Assembly: GCA_964016885.1 (NCBI GenBank)
Contig: OZ024742.1
Location: 2,418,001 to 2,482,000 of the forward strand
Reading direction: 5' to 3'
Source of the DNA: Eledone cirrhosa
Lineage: Eukaryota
DNA length: 64,000 nt
Shown: in pieces, positions 55,963 to 64,000 of the stretch
Position numbering within the stretch: the first letter of the stretch is position 1
How the letters are laid out: each line of letters starts with the position of its first letter
Notes under the pieces: model-generated
The model's input: the letters and a program-made list of their open reading frames with translations, nothing else
What the model was told of the DNA's origin: nothing
Database searches by the model: none
Position numbers and translations under genes: made by a program

Positions 55963-56860
55963 TCTATATATATAAAACTGTGGTTGTCTGTCTGTCTATC
56001 GATTTTTGGCACACATCTCCTCTTAGAATCTCTCACGGAATTGCACCGAAATTGCTATACTTGTACATTGAGCCCTAGCGAAGACATCGGAAAAAAAAAA
56101 TTTCAAATTGACCCACCCAATGTGACGAAATCGAATATAATGTATCGATTTTTGAGCGTAAGTTATCAGTTATTTCCCTTTGTTCTGTTTACATTGAGCG
56201 TCTTACGTAAAAAATTACGCTGGCTTTCTCAGTTGTCGAGCCAGCAAAATATTGACCTGCAAAATTCATCAGTTCGAACACTAAGCTTCCGTTTTGCTTC
56301 ATTTCCATTTAAAAGCATTTTAAAACAATATTTTTACTTGAAAACAAGTCTATTTAAAGACTACGTAAAACAAGCAAATATTTCGTCGTTAGGCGTGCAG
56401 ACAGATAGTCGTGCAGAGAGGTGATATACGCGTGCAGACAGATAGTCGTGCAGAGAGGTGATATAGGCGTGCAGACAGACAGTCGTGCAGAGAGGTGATA
56501 TAGGCGTGCAGACAGACAGTCGTGCAGAGAGGTGATATAGGCGTGCAGACAGACATAACTGATAATTTGGTTACGCTAATGTTTTTCTCTGCGTTGCAGT
56601 GTTTACATTTTCGATCTTTGTTAATAAATAACCAGTGCAGTTTCTATCCCCAGCATCCTCTTTTGTTATAACATTCGGGTTATCACTATGTTTTCTTAAC
56701 TTCATAAGGCATATTGTTGGTTGAGGGAATATTAATCAAAAACACCACATGCAAGTCTGCACAGTAGACACTACAGTTTTTAAGCCAAGAAAGAAACTTA
56801 ACATTGTAACTTTAACACAGCTACTGAGCGACCCCGAGCAACGCCGGGCTTTACTGCTAG
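55963..56860 (+). mobile_element. Non-autonomous Helitron inserted in the satellite
   Basis: A|TC...CCCGAGCAACGCCGGG...CTAG|T with no TSD; internal 37-bp minisatellite. Confidence 0.88.
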
Positions 56861-57060
56861 TATATATATAAGAATGGTGTATACAGTTTTAGGGACCCCG
56901 GTATATATATATGGTGTCCCCGAAAAATGTATACACACTTTGATTACTTGTACAGGCAATATATATATTAGAATGGTGTATACATTTTTAGGGACCCCGG
57001 TATATATATATATGGTGTCCCCGAAAAATGTATAAACACTTTGATTACCTGTATAGGCAA

Positions 57061-57885
57061 TCTATATATATAAAACTGTCGTTGTCTGTCTGTCTATCGA
57101 TTTTTGGCACACATCTCCTCTTAGAATCTCTCACGGAATTGCACCGAAATTGCTATACTTGTACATTGAGCCCTAGCGAAGACATCGGAAAAAAAAAATT
57201 TCAAATTGACCCACCCTATGTGACGAAATCGAATATAATGTATCGATTTTTGAGCGTAAGTTATCAGTTATTTCCCTTTGTTCTGTTTACATTGAGCGTC
57301 TTACGTAAAAAATTACGCTGGCTTTCTCAGTTGTCGAGCCAGCAAAATATTGACCTGCAAAATTCATCAGTTCGAACACTAAACTTCCGTTTTGCTTCAT
57401 TTCCATTTAAAAGCATTTTAAAACAATATTTTTTACTTGAAAACAAGTCTATTTAAAGACTACGTAAAACAAGCAAATATTTCGTCGTTAGGCGTGCAGA
57501 CAGACAGTCGTGCAGAGAGGTGATATAGGCGTGCAGACAGACAGTCGTGCAGAGAGGTGATATAGGCGTGCAGACAGACATAACTGATAATTTGGTTACG
57601 CTAATGTTTTTCTCTGCGTTGCAGTGTTTACATTTTCGATCTTAGTTAATAAATAACCAGTGCAGATTCTATCCCCAGCATCCTCTTTTGTTATAACATT
57701 CGGGTTATCGTTATGTTTTCTTAACTTCATAAGGCATATTGTTGGTTGAAGGAATATTAATCAAAAACACCACATGCAAGTCTGCACAGTAGACACTACA
57801 GTTTTTAAGCCAAGAAAGAAACTTAACATTGTAACTTTAACACAGCTACTGAGCGACCCCGAGCAACGCCGGGCTTTACTGCTAG
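57061..57885 (+). mobile_element. Second Helitron copy in the satellite
   Basis: Same termini and same A|T site in the unit as 55963-56860; two fewer 37-bp repeats. Confidence 0.88.
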
Positions 57886-58775
57886 TATATATATAAGAAT
57901 GGTGTATACAGTTTTAGGGACACCGGTATATATATATGGTGTCCCCGAAAAATGTATACACACTTTGATTACCTGTATAGGCAATATATATATTAGAATG
58001 GTGTATACATTTTTAGGGACCCCGGTATACATATATATATATATATATATGGTATCCCCGAAAAATGTATACACACTTTGATTATTTGTACAGGCAATAT
58101 ATATATTAGAATGGTGTATACATTTTTAGGGACCCCGGTATATATATATATATGGTGTCCCCGAAAAATGTATACGCACTTTGATTACCTGTACAGGCAA
58201 TATATATATATTAGAATGTTGTATACATTTTTAGGGACCCCGGTATATATATATATATATATGGTGTCCCGGAAAAATGTATACGCACTTTGATTACCTG
58301 TACAGGCAATATATATATTAGAATGGTGTATACATTTTTAGGGACCCCGGTATACAGATATATATATATGGTGTCCTGGAAAAAATGTATACACACTTTG
58401 ATTACCTATAAAGGCAATATATATATTAGAATGGTGTATACATTTTTAGGGAGCCCGGTATATATATATAAATATATGGTGTCCCGGAAAAATGTATACA
58501 CACTTTGATTACCTGTACAGGCAATATATATATTAGAATGGTGTGTACATTTTTAGGGACCCTGGTATATATATATATATATATATATATATGGTGTCCC
58601 GGAAAAATGTATACACACTTTGATTACCTGTACAGGCAATATATATATTAGAATGGTGTATACATTTTTACGGACCCGGGTATATATATATGGTGTCCCC
58701 GAAAAATGTATACACACTTGATTACCTGTACAGGCAATATATATATTAGAATAGTGTATACATTTTTAGGGACCC

Positions 58776-58808
<33 letters not shown>

Positions 58809-58892
58809 TGTCCTGGAAAAATGTATACACACTTTGATTACCTGTACAGGCAATATATATATTAGAATGGTGGATACATTTTTAGGGACCCC

Positions 58893-58935
<43 letters not shown>

Positions 58936-60457
58936 TGTCCCAGAAAAATGTATACACACTTTGATTACCTGTACAGGCAATATATATATTAGAATGGTGT
59001 ATACATTTTTAGGGACCCCGGTATATATGTATATATGGTGTCCCGGAAAAATGTATACACACTATGAATACCTGTACAGGCTACATATATATTAGAATGG
59101 TGTATACATTTTTAAGGCCCCGGTATATATATATGGTGCCCCCAAAAAATGTATACACACTTTGATTACCTGTACAGGCAATATATATACTAGAATGGTG
59201 TATACATTTTTAGGGACCCCGGTATAAATTTATAAATATATATATGGTGTCCCGCAAAAATGTATAGACACTTTGATTACCTGTACAGGCAATATATATA
59301 TTAGAATGGTGTATACATTTTTAGGGACTCCGGTATACATATATATATATATATATATGGTATGCCGGAAAAATGTATACACACTTTGATTACTTGTACA
59401 GGCAATATATATATTAGAATGGTGTATACATTTTTAGGGACCCCGGTATATATATATATCGTGTCCCCGAAAAATGTATAAACACTTTGATTACCTGTAT
59501 AGGCAATATATATATTAGAATGGTGTATACATTTTTAGGGACCCCGGTATATATATATATCGTGTCCCCGAAAAATGTATAAACACTTTGATTACCTGTA
59601 TAGGCAATATATATATTAGAATGGTGTATACATTTTTAGGTACCCCGGTATAATATATGGTGTCCCCGAAAAATGTATACACACTTTGATTTCCTGTACA
59701 GGCAATATATATATTAGAATGGTGTATACATTTTTACGGACCCCAGTATATATATATGGTGTCCCCGAAAAATGTATACACACTTTGATTACCTGTACAG
59801 GCAATATATATATTAGAATGGTGTATACATTTTTACCCCGGTATATATATATGGTGTCCCGGAAAAATATATACACACTTTGATTACTTGTACAGGCAAT
59901 ATATATATTAGAATGGTGTATACATTTTTAGGGACACCAGTATATATATATGGTGTCCCCGAATAATGTATACACACTTTGATTACCTGTACAGGCAATA
60001 TCTATATTAGTATGGTGTATACATTTTTAGGGACACCGGTATATATATATGGTGTCCCCGAAAAATGTATACACACTTTGATTACCTGTACAGGCAATAT
60101 ATATATTAGAATGGTGTATACATTTTTAGGGACCCCGGTATATATATATATAAATATATGGTGTCCCGGAAAAATGCATACACACTTTGATTACCTGTAC
60201 AGGCAATATATATATTAGAATGGTGTATACATTTTTAGGGACCCCGGTATATATATATATATATATATATGGTGTCCCGGAAAAATATATACGCACTTTG
60301 ATTACCTGTACAGGCAATATATATATTAGAATGGTGTATACATTTTTAGGGACCCCGGTATATATATATATGGTGTCCCCGAAAAATGTATACACACTTT
60401 GATTACCTGTACAGGCAATATATATATTAGAATGTTGTATACATGTTTAGGGACCCC

Positions 60458-60494
<37 letters not shown>

Positions 60495-60896
60495 TGTCCC
60501 GGACAAATGTATACGCACTTTGATTACCTGTACAGGCAATATATATATTAGAATGGTGTATACATTTTTAGGGACCCCGGTATATATATATATATAGGGT
60601 GTCCCGGAAAAATGTATACCCACTTTGATTACCTGTACAGGCAATATATATATTAGAATGGTGTATACATTTTTAGGGCCCCGGTATACAGATATATATA
60701 TATGGTGTCCCCCCAAAATGTATACACACTTTGATTACCTGTACAGGCAATATATATATTAGAATGGTGTATACATTTTTAGGGAGCCCGGTATATATAT
60801 ATAAATATATGGTGTCCCGGAAAAATGTATACACACTTTGATTACCTGTACAGGCAATATATATATTAGAATGGTGTATACATTTTTAGGGACCCT

Positions 60897-60929
<33 letters not shown>

Positions 60930-63900
60930 TGTCCCGGAAAAATGTATACACACTTTGATTACCTGTACAGGCAATATATATATTAGAATGGTGTATACAT
61001 TTTTACGGACCCCGGTATATATATATGGTGTCCCCGAAAAATGTATACACACTTTGATTACCTGTACAGGCAATATATATATTAGAATGGTGTATACATT
61101 TTTAGGGACCCGGTATATATATATATATATATATATATGGTGTCCTGGAAAAATGTATACACACTTTGATTACCTGTACAGGCAATATATATATTAGAAT
61201 GGTATATACATTTTTAGGGACCCCGGTATATATATATATATATATATATATGGTGTCCCAGAAAAATATATACACACTTTGATTACCTGTACAGGCAATA
61301 TATATATTAGAATGGTGTATACATTTTTAGGGACCCCGGTATATATATATATATGGTGTCCCGGAAAAATGTATACACACTATGAATACCTGTACAGGCT
61401 ACATATATATTAGAATGGTGTATACATTTTTACGGCCCCGGTATATATATATGGTGTCCCCAAAAAATGTATACACACTTTGATTACCTGTACAGGCAAT
61501 ATATATACTAGAATGGTGTATACATTTTTAGGGACCCCGGTATATATATATAAATATATATATGGTGTCCCGCAAAAATGTATAGACACTTTGATTACCT
61601 GTACAGGCAATATATATATTAGAATGGTGTATACGTTTTTAGGGACCCCGGTATATATATATATCGTGTCCCCGAAAAATGTATAAACACTTTGATTACC
61701 TGTATAGGCAATATATATATTAGAATGGTGTATACATTTTTAGGGACCCCGGTATATATATATATAAATATATGGTGTCCCGGAAAAATGTATACACACT
61801 TTGATTACCTGTACAGGCAATATATATATTAGAATGGTGTATACATTTTTAGGGACCCTGGTATATATATATGGTGTCCCCGAAAAATGTATACACACTT
61901 TGATTTCCTGTACAGGCAATATATATATTAGAATGGTGTATACATTTTTACGGACCCCAGTATATATATATGGTGTCCCCGAAAAATGTATACACACTTT
62001 GATTACCTGTACAGGCAATATATATATCAGAATGGTGTATACATTTTTATCCCGGTATATATATATGGTGTCCCGGAAAAATATATACACACTTTGATTA
62101 CTTGTACAGGCAATATATATATTAGAATGGTGTATACATTTTTAGGGACACCGGTATACATATATATATATATATATATATATGGTATGCCGGAAAAATG
62201 TATACACACTTTGATTACTTGTACAGGCAATATATATATTAGAATGGTGTATACATTTTTAGGGACCCCGGTATATATATATATCGTGTCCCCGAAAAAT
62301 GTATAAACACTTTGATTACCTGTATAGGCAATATATATATTAGAATGGTGTATACATTTTTAGGTACCCCGGTATATATATATGGTGTCCCGGAAAAATG
62401 TATACACACTTTGATTACCTGTACAGGCAATATATATATTAGAATGGTGTATACATTTTTAGGGACCCCGGTATATATATATATATATATATATATATGG
62501 TGTCCCGGAAAAATGTATACACACTTTGATTACCTGTACAAGCAATATATATATTAGAATGGTGTATACATTTTTACGGACACCGGTATATATATATGGT
62601 GTCCCCGAAAAATGTATACACACTTTGATTACCTGTACAGGCAATATATATATTAGAATGGTGTATACATTTTTACCTCGGTATATATATATGGTGTCCC
62701 GGAAAAATGTATACACACTTTGATTACTTGTACAGGCAATATATATATTAGAATGGTGTATACATTTTTAGGGACACCGGTATATATATATGGTGTCCCT
62801 GAAAAATGTATACACACTTTGATTACCTGTACAGGCAATATATATATTAGAATGGTGTATACATTTTTAGGGACCCCGGTATATATATATATATATATGG
62901 TGTCCTGGAAAAATGTATACACACTTTGATTACCTGTACAGGCAATATATATATTAGAATGGTGTCCCGGAAAAATGTATACACACTTTGATTACCTGTA
63001 CAGGCAATACATATATTAGAATGGTGTATACATTTTTAGGGACCCCGATATATATATATATGGTGTCCCGGAAAAATGTATACACACTTTGATTACCTGT
63101 ACAGGCAATATATATATTAGAATGGTGTATACATTTTTAGGGACCCCGGTATATATATATATATGGTGTCCCGGAAAAATGCATACACACTTTGATTACC
63201 TGTACAGGCAATATATATACTAGAATGGTGTATACATTTTTAGGGACCCCGGTATACATATATGGTGTCCCCGAAAAATAGAAAACACGCTTTGATCACC
63301 TCTACAGGCAATATATATATTAGAATGGTGTATACATTTTTAGGGACCCCGGTATATATATATATGGTGTCGCCGAAAAATGTATACACACTTTGATTAC
63401 CTGTACAGGCAATATATATATTAGAATGGTGTATACATTTTTAGGGACCCCGGTATACATATATATATATATATATATGGTATGCCGGAAAAATGTATAC
63501 ACACTTTGATTACTTGTACAGGCAATATATATATTAGAATGGTGTATACATTTTTAGGGACCCCGGTATATATATATATCGTGTCCCCGAAAAATGTATA
63601 AACACTTTGATTACCTGTATAGGCAATATATATATTAGAATGGTGTATACATTTTTAGGGACCCCGGTATATATATATGGTGTCCCCGAAAAATGTATAC
63701 ACACTTTGATTACCTGTACAGGCAATATATATATTAGAATGGTGTATACATTTTTATGGACCCCGGTATATATATATGGTGTCCCGGAAAAATGTATACA
63801 CACTTTGATTACCTGTACAGGCAATATATATATTAGAATGGTGTATACATTTTTAGGGACCCCGGTACACATATATATATCGTGTCCCCGAAAAATGTAT

Positions 63901-64000
63901 AAACACTTTGATTACCTGTATAGACAATATATATATTAGAATGGTGTATACATTTTTAGGGACCCCGGTATATATATATCGTGTCCCCGAAAAATGTATA

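Larger units (their letters stand above)
53918..64000 (+). repeat. Satellite array: 88-bp hairpin unit plus variable (TA)n spacer; runs off the right edge
   Basis: GGTGTCCCCGAAAAATGTATACAC...GTGTATACATTTTTAGGGACCCCGG repeated roughly 80 times. Confidence 0.96.

Noticed and set aside
55930-56424. 164-aa ORF repeated at 57028 and 35559
   Set aside because: Spans the satellite/Helitron junction; no Rep/helicase motifs; non-coding element interior

Overview
Eukaryotic, AT-rich, microsatellite-saturated DNA. The SINE families and (TA)n/(CA)n density suggest a mollusc, probably an octopus (inference). The only host gene I can support is a spliced ATG8/LC3-family gene, most like MAP1LC3C, on + (exons 7817-7872, 9920-10026, 11085-11322; exon 1 uncertain). 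Almost all long ORFs in the supplied track are microsatellite or satellite artefacts. The rest is repeats: tRNA-derived SINEs, a Chapaev3-like transposase relic, an R4/Dong-like RT relic, three non-autonomous Helitrons, minisatellites and a >10 kb satellite built from a Tc1/mariner-like mini-hairpin. The main hidden signal is a dense set of Penelope-like element (PLE) fragments inserted into (TA)n runs. By eye they carry at least 18 well-formed minimal type I hammerhead ribozyme motifs from about 9 sequence families. Many occur as sense/antisense fold-back pairs, one direct-repeat pair delimits a ~493-nt unit, and some have non-canonical cores (U3-A8; a candidate U4A). All structures were read manually; element boundaries are approximate and nothing was computed or searched.
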